The notes under the pieces were generated by a model that was not told the origin of the DNA, did no database searches, and saw only the letters and a program-made list of their open reading frames with translations. A stretch of 64,000 nt of DNA from an uncultured virus (IMG/VR IMGVR_UViG_3300044701_001985). Its lineage: Duplodnaviria > Heunggongvirae > Uroviricota > Caudoviricetes. Position 1 is the first letter of the stretch. Each line of letters opens with the position of its first letter. The stretch is taken from IMG/VR virus record IMGVR_UViG_3300044701_001985. One strand, given 5' to 3'. This document shows, in pieces, positions 39,518 through 48,846 of the stretch. A program made the position numbers and the translations under genes.

Positions 39518-40693
39518 ATGAAAAGTTTTTCCCGATTTCTTTCAGAGGCAGGTAAGTCTCTTGCTGTTATGCAAGCGACTCGTCTTGGACTGACTGGTGA
39601 TGGTCATGGTGGATGGTATGATAAAAATGGAGAGTTTGTTGCTAAGACTGAGGGTGGTCGTTTAAAGTTTTACAATAAGAATCAGAAAATTGGTGAAAAG
39701 GATCCCCCACAGGATCAAGCAGCAGATCAACAACCAGTTGCTACTCAAGTTCAACCAGCAAAGCAAGAACCAGATGCATCTCCAGAAACAGAAGATAAAG
39801 GTTCATTGACTATTGCTTTTGGTAGATTTAATCCACCAACAACTGGTCATGAAAAACTATTGAATACTGTAGCAACAGTTGCTGGAAAAGGAGAGTATAA
39901 AATTTATCCATCAAGATCTAATGATCCAAAGAAAAATCCATTAGATCCTGATACAAAAATATCTGTTATGCGTAAGATGTATCCAAAGCATAGTGAGAGA
40001 ATCGTTAACGATGCTAATTCCAAAACTATTTTTGATGTGTTGAAGCAGGCACATGCGGATGGATATTCATCTGTTAATATTGTAGTTGGATCGGATAGAC
40101 AACCTGAATTTGAGAAACTTGCAAATTCTTATAATGGTAAGTTATATGATTTTGCTGCAATTAATGTAGTTTCGGCTGGTGAGAGGGATCCAGATTCTGA
40201 TGATGTAAGTGGAATGTCTGCATCAAAACTTCGTCAAGCAGCAGCAATGGGTGACTTTGAAACCTTTAGAAAAGGTACTCCAAAAAGTCTTGATGATGAA
40301 TCTGCTAAACAACTCTTTATGACTCTTCGTAAGAGCATGAAAATCAAAGAGGGATGGAGTCTTTGGGAAATTGCTCCTAAGTTTGATTGGGAAAATCTCA
40401 GAGAAAATTACATAACCAAGAGAATTTTCCAGGTAGGAGATTTAGTTGAAAACCTAAACACTGGATTAGTTGGGAAGATTATTCGTAGAGGTACTAATTA
40501 TCTTATTTGCGTTACAGAAGATAATATTATGTTTAAGTCGTGGATTCGTGATGTATCTGAGTGGACTGAAGTATCAGGTGTTCTTGCGAATCAGAGAGAA
40601 GTTGGTACTGATTCTTTGAGAAAATATACTATGAAAATGTCTAATACAGAGACAATTAGGAATTTCATAAATAAATATAAGGCAAAAAAGTAA
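39518..40693 (+). CDS. HIGH-superfamily nucleotidyltransferase (cytidyltransferase-like)
   Basis: FGRFNPPTTGHEKL, VVGSDR, MSASKLR. Confidence 0.88.
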   Translation: MKSFSRFLSEAGKSLAVMQATRLGLTGDGHGGWYDKNGEFVAKTEGGRLKFYNKNQKIGEKDPPQDQAADQQPVATQVQPAKQEPDASPETEDKGSLTIAFGRFNPPTTGHEKLLNTVATVAGKGEYKIYPSRSNDPKKNPLDPDTKISVMRKMYPKHSERIVNDANSKTIFDVLKQAHADGYSSVNIVVGSDRQPEFEKLANSYNGKLYDFAAINVVSAGERDPDSDDVSGMSASKLRQAAAMGDFETFRKGTPKSLDDESAKQLFMTLRKSMKIKEGWSLWEIAPKFDWENLRENYITKRIFQVGDLVENLNTGLVGKIIRRGTNYLICVTEDNIMFKSWIRDVSEWTEVSGVLANQREVGTDSLRKYTMKMSNTETIRNFINKYKAKK

Positions 40694-40706
40694 GTAAGTT
40701 ATTAAA

Positions 40707-43265
40707 ATGTCAATGAATCCTCTTAACGATATCTCTGCAGTTTATATGCAAGAGGTATTCAAACCTCAGCTTGGTAAAGGTTCAGACTCCGAAAAGTCTG
40801 CAGATTCTTCGTCTGCTAATAAAGTAGAGAAGGGTAAAGATGATGCTGAGTCATCTGCAAAGAGAATTCGTCAAGCAGTTTATGATATTCGTTATCGTGC
40901 GAGAAGAGAGGATGTTAAACTAGATCAAGCTTATTCTCAGTACATGGGGCATACTACAATGAATGCTCAAGAGAAATCTGCTGTTAAGGAAAAACTGGGA
41001 TTAACTGCTGGATCATCTGCTGCCCCAGTAAAAGAGGAAACTGAGTCTAAGAAATTTAAAGTTAGAGTGAAAGATAAAGAGTCTGGTAAATCATACGTTC
41101 GTTATGCTACTCGTGAAAAAATCAGTCAATTGAGATCAAATCCAAATATTTCATCTGTTGAGATGACTGGATATGGTGATCCATATGAAGGTGAAAAAAG
41201 AAGGGGTAAAGCAACTGCTAAAGTAACCTCAGGAAAAGGACTTGATCCTGTTGGTGGTGAGGATAAAGATATTGATAATGATGGCGATCACGATAAGAGC
41301 GATAAGTACTTGTTGAATCGTAGAAAAGTTCGTAGTGCTGCAATCGGAAAGAAAGAGGTAAAGGAGGGATTTTCTGATTGGAGAAATGATCTTCGTGAAG
41401 TTTTGAGTTCTAATGAAGATTCAAAACAAGTCAAAGAGAAGAAAGTTAATAATAAAATCACTATCAATCCTGATCTCAAAGAAGCTGTTGAGTCTGTTGG
41501 TGGATTAATAATTGGTCTTGAGGAATTAACTTGTGTTCTTGATGGTATTTCTGATGAAGAAATTATCTTTTTATCGGATGATATAATTGAAGAGGTAGTT
41601 GAAGAAGTTTTTTATGATCTTTTGAATGAAGGTTATGATCTCGATTCTATCGAACAATCTATTTGCGAATCTTTGGATATTTCTTATAATTTAATTGACG
41701 AAAAAGTTGATATGGCTGCTCGTGCTGCAGCAAGAAAAGAGTATGCATCTTCATCTGAAAAGTCTGCTAAAGAAGCAAGAAAGCGTGGTGCTGACGTAGT
41801 TAAAAAAGAGAAGAGAGCGGAAAGAATCCAAAAAGTTAAAGATACAGTTAAGAAAATTGGGTCTTCTATTAAGTCTGGACTCAAAAAAGCAGGAAAGTCT
41901 GCAGTTCATGGTGCTTCCAATGTTGCCGGTAAAGCAGTTGGAACTGCTAAGAAAGTTGCTGCAACTGCAAAATCTGGATATGAAGCAGGAAAGAAATCTA
42001 CTGAGGATGACTCAACTTCTTCTGGAACCAGAACTCCAAAGACTTACAGATACGCTAAGAAAAAGTCTGGATTGTCATCTAAGGTTGGATCTTTATTGAA
42101 GAAAGGATTGAAGAAAGCAGTTGGTAAAACTGCTAGAGTAGTTGCTAAGGGTGCAGAGAAAGTTGCATCTAGGCTTGGTGAAGAAAAAGATCCTTGTTGG
42201 AAAGGTTATACAATGGTTGGAATGAAGAAAAAGGGTGGTAAAGAAGTTCCCAACTGTGTTCCTGCAAAAGGAGTTAAGAAGGCAAAAGGATTTAAAGAAG
42301 AGAGTGAACTTGAAGAAAAAGCTCTAAGTAGAGCACAGCAACGCTTTATGGGTATGGTTTATGCGGCAAAGAAGGGTGAAACTCCTGCCTCTCCTGAGGT
42401 TGCAAAAGCAGCTGCTGGTATTTCTAAAAAATCAGCTAGAGATTTTGCTAAAACAAAGCATACAAAACTTCCAGAAAAGAAGGTTGAAGAAGCAGTAACT
42501 CAAATTTCTGGTAAGGAAACAACCCCACCATCAGGAACAACTGCTAAGCAAGATGATGTTCAAAAAAAGCAGATGCTTGCTAATAAGCAAAAGATGATGC
42601 AAAAGCAAATGATGTTACAGCGTCAACAACTTCAACTTCAAAAGCAAGGTAAGCTTCCTGTGGGACATACTGCTGAGGAAGTTGAATATGAAATTGATGA
42701 AGGCATGACCATGAAGGATTTCAAAGCAAATCGTAGAAAACTGAAGCGTAAAGAATCTTCTGACGATGCTAAGAAGAGAGGTCATGTAGGTAAGGAATGG
42801 TACAACAGTGGTAGAACGTATTCTCCTGATGAAGCGAAGAGTGGTCGTGCAAATATGCAAGATCATGAAAGAAGCACAAGACATCGTAGTGCCATAGATC
42901 CTGAGGGTGATGATGATCTCTACTCAGCAGATAAGACTAAAAATCCCAAGAAACTCCGCAAGCAAAAGGCAATGGGTGAAGATTTCGTAACTGAACTCAA
43001 TCGTTATGAAAAAGAAACCGGTAAAGATTATAAGACTGGTAAAGAAGTCAAGTCTGGTGGATCGACTGATAAGGCATACACTCATGTTAAAAAAATGATT
43101 CGTGGTATGGAAGGAAAACCTGCCGGTCAGCGTAAGAAAGTTCCTGGTAAAAAACCACCCACTGCTGGACAGTATGGTGGTCCTAAGTCTCCTGCTCAGA
43201 AGGTAGCTGCTAGACGTGCTGCTGCTCAAAGATCACAAGATAATATGTCTTCAAGGTTTGACTGA
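40707..43265 (+). CDS. Large K-rich modular protein, probable internal head protein
   Basis: 852 aa mosaic of basic blocks, a DxDxDGD loop and E-rich linkers; ATAAATA upstream. Confidence 0.75.
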   Translation: MSMNPLNDISAVYMQEVFKPQLGKGSDSEKSADSSSANKVEKGKDDAESSAKRIRQAVYDIRYRARREDVKLDQAYSQYMGHTTMNAQEKSAVKEKLGLTAGSSAAPVKEETESKKFKVRVKDKESGKSYVRYATREKISQLRSNPNISSVEMTGYGDPYEGEKRRGKATAKVTSGKGLDPVGGEDKDIDNDGDHDKSDKYLLNRRKVRSAAIGKKEVKEGFSDWRNDLREVLSSNEDSKQVKEKKVNNKITINPDLKEAVESVGGLIIGLEELTCVLDGISDEEIIFLSDDIIEEVVEEVFYDLLNEGYDLDSIEQSICESLDISYNLIDEKVDMAARAAARKEYASSSEKSAKEARKRGADVVKKEKRAERIQKVKDTVKKIGSSIKSGLKKAGKSAVHGASNVAGKAVGTAKKVAATAKSGYEAGKKSTEDDSTSSGTRTPKTYRYAKKKSGLSSKVGSLLKKGLKKAVGKTARVVAKGAEKVASRLGEEKDPCWKGYTMVGMKKKGGKEVPNCVPAKGVKKAKGFKEESELEEKALSRAQQRFMGMVYAAKKGETPASPEVAKAAAGISKKSARDFAKTKHTKLPEKKVEEAVTQISGKETTPPSGTTAKQDDVQKKQMLANKQKMMQKQMMLQRQQLQLQKQGKLPVGHTAEEVEYEIDEGMTMKDFKANRRKLKRKESSDDAKKRGHVGKEWYNSGRTYSPDEAKSGRANMQDHERSTRHRSAIDPEGDDDLYSADKTKNPKKLRKQKAMGEDFVTELNRYEKETGKDYKTGKEVKSGGSTDKAYTHVKKMIRGMEGKPAGQRKKVPGKKPPTAGQYGGPKSPAQKVAARRAAAQRSQDNMSSRFD

Positions 43266-43304
43266 TACTAAATAGCCCAGGATACTCTCTATAAGGAGGT
43301 CATC

Positions 43305-43487
43305 ATGGAAGCAGTAGTAGCAGTGGTAAAACCACTTCTTCTTAAAATTGCAACCCACCCAGCAGTTAAAAATCTTGTTATTTCTCTTCTTGAGAAATAT
43401 GTAAAAACAACTGATAATAGTATTGATGATGAAATCTTGAAAACTATTAAGGTTCTTATCTTTAAACCAGAAGAACCTAAAGCATGA
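43305..43487 (+). CDS. Small hypothetical protein
   Basis: Strong AAGGAGG RBS; KTTDNSIDD motif. Confidence 0.75.
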   Translation: MEAVVAVVKPLLLKIATHPAVKNLVISLLEKYVKTTDNSIDDEILKTIKVLIFKPEEPKA

Positions 43488-43648
43488 TTACTTGTTTCTT
43501 AACTAACTGGGGAGTAACCATTATTCTTGGTCTATTACTAACTGCTTCTGAGTGGTTAGCAAAAACAAAAAGATTTGAAGAGAATGGATTACTTGATCTA
43601 ATAACTCACTTTTTAAAAGTAGTTTTACACAAAGGAGACGCAAAGTAA
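43484..43648 (+). CDS. 54 aa membrane protein, holin-like (not in the ORF track)
   Basis: MITCFLTNWGVTIILGLLLTASEWLAKTKRFEENGLLDLI...; ATGA-coupled, ends in a terminator. Confidence 0.55.
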   Translation: MITCFLTNWGVTIILGLLLTASEWLAKTKRFEENGLLDLITHFLKVVLHKGDAK

Positions 43649-43669
43649 CGTCTCCTTTTTTTATAAATA
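43631..43669 (+). terminator. Terminator abutting a TATAAATA late promoter
   Basis: AAAGGAGACG...CGTCTCCTTT plus T run; TATAAATA at 43662-43669. Confidence 0.85.
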
Positions 43670-43702
43670 TTTTATAGCAAATAATTTTTTACGGAAAAGA
43701 AC

Positions 43703-44461
43703 ATGGCACTCTGGGGAAATAACGATGCAGTAGGATCATTGGGTACTGTATCTCTAAACTATTCTACGGGAGTAGTAACAGGTTCTGGTACAACCTTTGG
43801 ACAAGTGGGTGCAGCAGCAACTGGAGACATTATAAGATTTGGTGATCGTGCTGGTACTTATTTTGGAGACGCAGTTATTGTTGGTATTGCAAGTACAACA
43901 CAATTAACAATTGGTTCGACTGCTGGTTTAAGTGGAGCTTCAATTGCGTCTACAGCATTTTCAGTATCTCAACTTCCCAAGTATACCGTTCTTGATAGTT
44001 CATTTAGAGCAGGAAATAGAACCGCACCTACTGCAACTTCACTTGGAGTTACTGGAACTGCAACTACTAACGCTGGAATTGGTACAAATATTATTCCAGT
44101 AGTGATTGGAAATAAAAATGTTATAGTCGGTGATACTCTATTAAATGGTGGAAATGATCTAGTAATTACTGCTATCGGTGCTGCTACAATTACACTAGGA
44201 TCTACAATTTCCTCTGGTATTTCTACTGGGGCAACACTAACATTTAAGAGATATATTGATGGTTATGATAGATACGTATATGGAGCAGCAGGTGGAGCAA
44301 CTGCAGCTGCTGAAAATACCAGATATGATTTAACTCATGGTGGATGGGTTGGCGTTACAACCTATATTGATCAGCATGGAAATCTAAGAGTCAAGAGTGA
44401 AACGCTTGTAGCAATGTCTGGAATTACTACAGGTAATACACCACTATACCCACCTGCATGA
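43703..44461 (+). CDS. G/T-rich virion structural protein
   Basis: MALWGN...VTGSGTTF...HGGWVG...RVKSETLVAM; late promoter. Confidence 0.7.
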   Translation: MALWGNNDAVGSLGTVSLNYSTGVVTGSGTTFGQVGAAATGDIIRFGDRAGTYFGDAVIVGIASTTQLTIGSTAGLSGASIASTAFSVSQLPKYTVLDSSFRAGNRTAPTATSLGVTGTATTNAGIGTNIIPVVIGNKNVIVGDTLLNGGNDLVITAIGAATITLGSTISSGISTGATLTFKRYIDGYDRYVYGAAGGATAAAENTRYDLTHGGWVGVTTYIDQHGNLRVKSETLVAMSGITTGNTPLYPPA

Positions 44462-44467
44462 TAATAT

Positions 44468-44860
44468 ATGTTATTTGATGAGTTGAATGAGGACAACTTT
44501 CTCCTCTTTGCAATTAAACATTATGAAAATCCTCAGGCAGTAACAAAAGAAGATTTTGATAAAGATCTAAATCACTTCAAATATATAAAACGTCTCTTGA
44601 GAAGATATAGAAATACAGGTGAATTAAAAACTCACCTGTTGATAAATCATTTTATTATAATCTATAACATTTTCAGTGACGCAGCTACCCCAATGCTATT
44701 TTATAAAATTGAAAAAGATCTGTGGTCTTTGATGAAAACATTCATTGTATTCTTAAATAAACTTCCTCAGTATCCAAAGTGTTATATACATGATATACAA
44801 ATAGACATTGATTGTTTATCCGAACTACAAAAAATATATAACAAAGATGGAAAAGATTGA
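44468..44860 (+). CDS. Conserved T4-like hypothetical protein
   Basis: FAIKHYENP, FKYIKRLL, LLINH. Confidence 0.75.
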   Translation: MLFDELNEDNFLLFAIKHYENPQAVTKEDFDKDLNHFKYIKRLLRRYRNTGELKTHLLINHFIIIYNIFSDAATPMLFYKIEKDLWSLMKTFIVFLNKLPQYPKCYIHDIQIDIDCLSELQKIYNKDGKD

Positions 44861-45041
44861 TAGAATAATAGATATAATAAGAAATTTGAGGGAAGATAGT
44901 GGTCCAACTATGTCCATGGGAAATGGACAAATTGCCGGATCTGTTGAGGCGGGTGACGATCCTCCAGTGAAAAAAAAGAAAAAATACATTTCTGGCGGTT
45001 CTGGAAGTAGAAAGATGTGGTTGGACTATTTTAAAAAATAA
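44847..45041 (+). CDS. Small basic hypothetical protein
   Basis: MEKIDRII...NLREDSGPTMSMGNG...KKKKK. Confidence 0.6.
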   Translation: MEKIDRIIDIIRNLREDSGPTMSMGNGQIAGSVEAGDDPPVKKKKKYISGGSGSRKMWLDYFKK

Positions 45042-45181
45042 ATAATAATCAGAGGCATACAAGCCAATGATTATAAACAAAGAAAATTCATTATACTTTC
45101 TTTTGAAGAGGACTAATTCCGTTATAAAGTGGACTGGAATAATTACAGACTTGTGTAATATTAAAATATCCCAGCAAGAAA

Positions 45182-45574
45182 ATGTTCTCAAACATCGCAT
45201 CTAACCAATTATCTGTTTTAGAATCAAAATTTGAGATATACGAAAATTTATCCAAGGAAATGTTGGATAAATTAGAAAGAGCTGTAGCAAGTATATCTGA
45301 AAGCAGTAATAGGGTTGCTATAATTCTTGAGAGGCACCAACTTCAGATTGATGAAGCAAACCGAGCAGATGAAGCTATAATGAAACTAATTGAAAAGGTA
45401 GAAACCAGAATGGAATCTACTGAAAAGAAAGTTGATGATTTGGTGAAATTTAGATGGATTACTTTTGGAGTAGTGATTGCTATAACAAGCGCGATTCAAT
45501 TCAGTGGGTTTTATTCTCGTATACTGTTGACTGGCGCAGGAACTGGTGCTACAGTGCAGGTGAGACCAAAGTAA
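45182..45574 (+). CDS. Coiled-coil protein with C-terminal TM segment
   Basis: Heptad-rich body then FRWITFGVVIAITSAI. Confidence 0.65.
   Translation: MFSNIASNQLSVLESKFEIYENLSKEMLDKLERAVASISESSNRVAIILERHQLQIDEANRADEAIMKLIEKVETRMESTEKKVDDLVKFRWITFGVVIAITSAIQFSGFYSRILLTGAGTGATVQVRPK
45527..45555 (+). promoter_or_regulatory. Internal sigma70-type promoter for primase/nrd
   Basis: TTGACT-N17-TACAGT with an extended TG. Confidence 0.55.
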
Positions 45575-45583
45575 TTTTTTGAT

Positions 45584-46552
45584 ATGGATTTTGTTGATGT
45601 AAAGTACATCAATTTGATTTCTGTTCGATTTCAGAAGTTTAAGAAAGTAAAGCATAATCTCTACAATTTTCGATGTCCGATTTGTGGAGATTCTCAGAAG
45701 AATAAAAATAAAGCACGAGGATATTTGTATCAAGTAAAAAATAATACTAACTTTAAGTGTCATAACTGTGGAGTTAATATTTCATTTAATAACTTCTTAA
45801 AGCAGATTGATCCCGTAGTTTATAAACAATATACTTTTGAAAAATTTAAAGAAGGTAATACTGGGAAAAACTTTACTACGAAAGAACCCGAGTTTAATTT
45901 TATCTCCCCAAAATTTAAGACAAAACTGGACTTACCTAAAGCATCGGAAAATCCCGACGCAAATGAATATTTGGTAAAGAGAAAATTAAATCCATATAAC
46001 TATTATTACGCCGAAAAATTTAAGTCATGGACTAACTCCTTAAAAGAAGTCTTTGACGATACAACTAAAGATGAACCTAGGATTATTATTCCTTTGTTCT
46101 ATCAAAATACTCTTGTTGGATTTCAGGGCAGAGCACTTAATCCAAGCAAGATTAAATACATCACTGTAATGATTAATGATGACGCACCAAAAATCTATGG
46201 TATCGATGAAATCGAAAAAAATAAAACTGTCTATATCACCGAAGGTCCCTTCGACTCAACTTTCATTCGCAACGCGATTGCTCTTTGTGGAGCTGACGGT
46301 GATATTAGTAAGTGGGGTATTGGCGATTGTGTGTGGATCTATGATAACGAACCACGTAATGCAGAAATCCACCGCAGAATTGACCAATGTATTAGTAGAG
46401 GAGATAAGGTCGTAATATGGCCCTCCAATATAAAAGAAAAGGACATTAATGATATGGTTTTATCTGGACTGGATGTACAGTCTGTGATAGAATTAAATAC
46501 TTATTCTGGATTAGAAGCAAAACTAAAATTTACTACCTGGAAGAAAATATGA
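45584..46552 (+). CDS. gp61: DNA primase
   Basis: RCPICGDS...CHNC zinc ribbon, FQGR, TEGPFDS, YDNE TOPRIM. Confidence 0.96.
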   Translation: MDFVDVKYINLISVRFQKFKKVKHNLYNFRCPICGDSQKNKNKARGYLYQVKNNTNFKCHNCGVNISFNNFLKQIDPVVYKQYTFEKFKEGNTGKNFTTKEPEFNFISPKFKTKLDLPKASENPDANEYLVKRKLNPYNYYYAEKFKSWTNSLKEVFDDTTKDEPRIIIPLFYQNTLVGFQGRALNPSKIKYITVMINDDAPKIYGIDEIEKNKTVYITEGPFDSTFIRNAIALCGADGDISKWGIGDCVWIYDNEPRNAEIHRRIDQCISRGDKVVIWPSNIKEKDINDMVLSGLDVQSVIELNTYSGLEAKLKFTTWKKI

Positions 46553-48846
46553 GCAACGGCACCAAAGTAAAAAAGCGTGATGGAAGAATTGAGTCTCTTG
46601 ACCTAGACAAGATGCATTTGATGGTTGAAGAGGCGTGTAAGGGTCTTGCAGGCGTCTCTGCTAGTCAAGTTGAGATGACCTCTGGTATTCAGTTTTATGA
46701 TGGAATTACTACTGCAGAAATTCAGGAGATTCTAATTCGCAGTGCAAGTGATCTTATTGATCTTGATCATCCAAACTATCAATATGTTGCTGCTCGTCTT
46801 CTCCTGTTTGCTGTTCGTAAGCAACTTTATGGGAAGATGAAAGATCTTCCTAGTCTAGAGAAACACATTATTAGTTGTGTTTCTGCGGAAGTTTATGATA
46901 GTGATATCTACAACAAATATTCACAAGAAGAAATTGAAAAAGCTAATAGTTTTATCGATCATGATCGTGACTTTCTCTTCACTTATGCAGGTCTACGTCA
47001 GGTCGTTGATAAGTACCTCGTGCAGGATAGAAGCAGTGGTGGTGTATATGAAACACCACAATTTATGTACATGATGATTGCTTTGACTATCTTTGCAGAG
47101 TACCCAAAGGAAACAAGACTTTCTTATGTAAAGAGGTATTATGACGCAATCTCAAAGCACAAAATCAACATCCCAACACCAATCATGGCGGGAGTGCGAA
47201 CTCCGCTTAGACAATTTGCTAGCTGTGTCCTTGTTGACGTTGATGACACCCTCGATAGTATCTTTAGTTCTGATATGGCTATTGGCCGATACGTTGCACA
47301 GAGGGCGGGCATCGGCATCAACGCTGGTCGAATCCGTGGGATCAACAGTAAGATCCGAGGTGGAGAAGTTCAACATACGGGTGTTGTACCATTTCTCAAG
47401 AAGTTTGAAGCAACTGTCCGATGCTGCACGCAAAATGGCATACGAGGTGGATCCGCGACAGTACACTTCCCAATCTGGCACCAAGAAATAGAGGATATCC
47501 TAGTATTAAAAAATAACAAAGGAACTGAGGATAACCGAGTTCGCAAGTTAGACTATAGTATCCAAATTAGCAAACTATTCTATGAGAGATTCCTTCAAGA
47601 TGGAGAGGTCACTTTATTCTCTCCACACGATGTTCCTGGTCTTTATGATGCTTTTGGTACTGATAGATTTGATGAGTTATATGTGGATTACGAACGAAAT
47701 CAGTTTATTCCTAAAAAAACTATCCGTGCTCAGGAACTAATCCTAAATTTACTTAAAGAACGTGCTGAGACTGGTCGTATTTACATCATGAATATCGACC
47801 ATTGCAATTCTCACTCATCATTTAAAGATAAGGTTGAGATGAGTAATCTATGTCAGGAGATAACCCTACCAACATATCCAATTCAACATATTGATGATAC
47901 GAGCGGGGAGATTGCTCTCTGCATTCTTTCTGCTATTAATGTTGGAAAAGTAAAATCTGATGAAGAACTTGAAGAACTTTGCGATCTTTCTGTTCGTGGT
48001 TTGGATGAGTTAATTGACTATCAGAAATATCCTGTATTGGCGGCAGAAATCGCTACAAAGGCACGTCGTTCTCTTGGTGTGGGATTTATTGGTCTGGCGC
48101 ATTATCTAGCAAAATTGGGATTTAAGTATGAGTCTCAAGAAGCATGGGATGCAGTTCATGGACTTTCCGAATCTTTCCAGTATTATCTTTTGAAAGCATC
48201 TAACCAACTTGCTAAAGAAAAGGGATATTGCGAATACTTTGGTCGTACTAAGTATGCTGATGGTATTCTTCCTATTGATACATATAAGAAGGAAGTAGAC
48301 GAAATTACATCTATTAATCTTCAGCATGACTGGGAAACTCTTAGGGCATCTATCTTGGAATATGGTCTCAGGCACTCAACATTGTCCGCACAGATGCCAT
48401 CGGAGAGCAGTTCCGTTGTGTCAAACGCAACTAATGGAATTGAACCACCTCGCGGATACTTGTCCATTAAGAAGTCGAAGAAGGGACCCCTTAAACAGAT
48501 TGTTCCACAATATCAAACTCTTAAGAACAATTATACTCTTCTTTGGGACATGCCTGATAATGGTGGTTATATCAATGTTGTTGCTGTGATGCAAAAATTC
48601 TTTGACCAAGCAATTAGTGGAAACTGGAGTTATAATCCAGAAAATTATCCTGATAACGAAGTACCTGTTTCTGTAATGGCTAAAGATTTTCTAACTACAT
48701 ATAAGTACGGTTGGAAAACTTCTTACTATCAAAACACTTATGATATTAAGACCGATGAGGTAGTAGAAGAGAAACCCAATCTTCAAGATTTGTTAAGTGA
48801 GTTAAGTTCAGTAGAGGAGGGAGAGTGTGAATCCTGTGCAGTTTAA
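46549..48846 (+). CDS. nrdA: Class Ia ribonucleotide reductase alpha
   Basis: ATP cone, QFASC, SNLCQEI, SAQMPSESSS, C-terminal CESC. Confidence 0.98.
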   Translation: MSNGTKVKKRDGRIESLDLDKMHLMVEEACKGLAGVSASQVEMTSGIQFYDGITTAEIQEILIRSASDLIDLDHPNYQYVAARLLLFAVRKQLYGKMKDLPSLEKHIISCVSAEVYDSDIYNKYSQEEIEKANSFIDHDRDFLFTYAGLRQVVDKYLVQDRSSGGVYETPQFMYMMIALTIFAEYPKETRLSYVKRYYDAISKHKINIPTPIMAGVRTPLRQFASCVLVDVDDTLDSIFSSDMAIGRYVAQRAGIGINAGRIRGINSKIRGGEVQHTGVVPFLKKFEATVRCCTQNGIRGGSATVHFPIWHQEIEDILVLKNNKGTEDNRVRKLDYSIQISKLFYERFLQDGEVTLFSPHDVPGLYDAFGTDRFDELYVDYERNQFIPKKTIRAQELILNLLKERAETGRIYIMNIDHCNSHSSFKDKVEMSNLCQEITLPTYPIQHIDDTSGEIALCILSAINVGKVKSDEELEELCDLSVRGLDELIDYQKYPVLAAEIATKARRSLGVGFIGLAHYLAKLGFKYESQEAWDAVHGLSESFQYYLLKASNQLAKEKGYCEYFGRTKYADGILPIDTYKKEVDEITSINLQHDWETLRASILEYGLRHSTLSAQMPSESSSVVSNATNGIEPPRGYLSIKKSKKGPLKQIVPQYQTLKNNYTLLWDMPDNGGYINVVAVMQKFFDQAISGNWSYNPENYPDNEVPVSVMAKDFLTTYKYGWKTSYYQNTYDIKTDEVVEEKPNLQDLLSELSSVEEGECESCAV

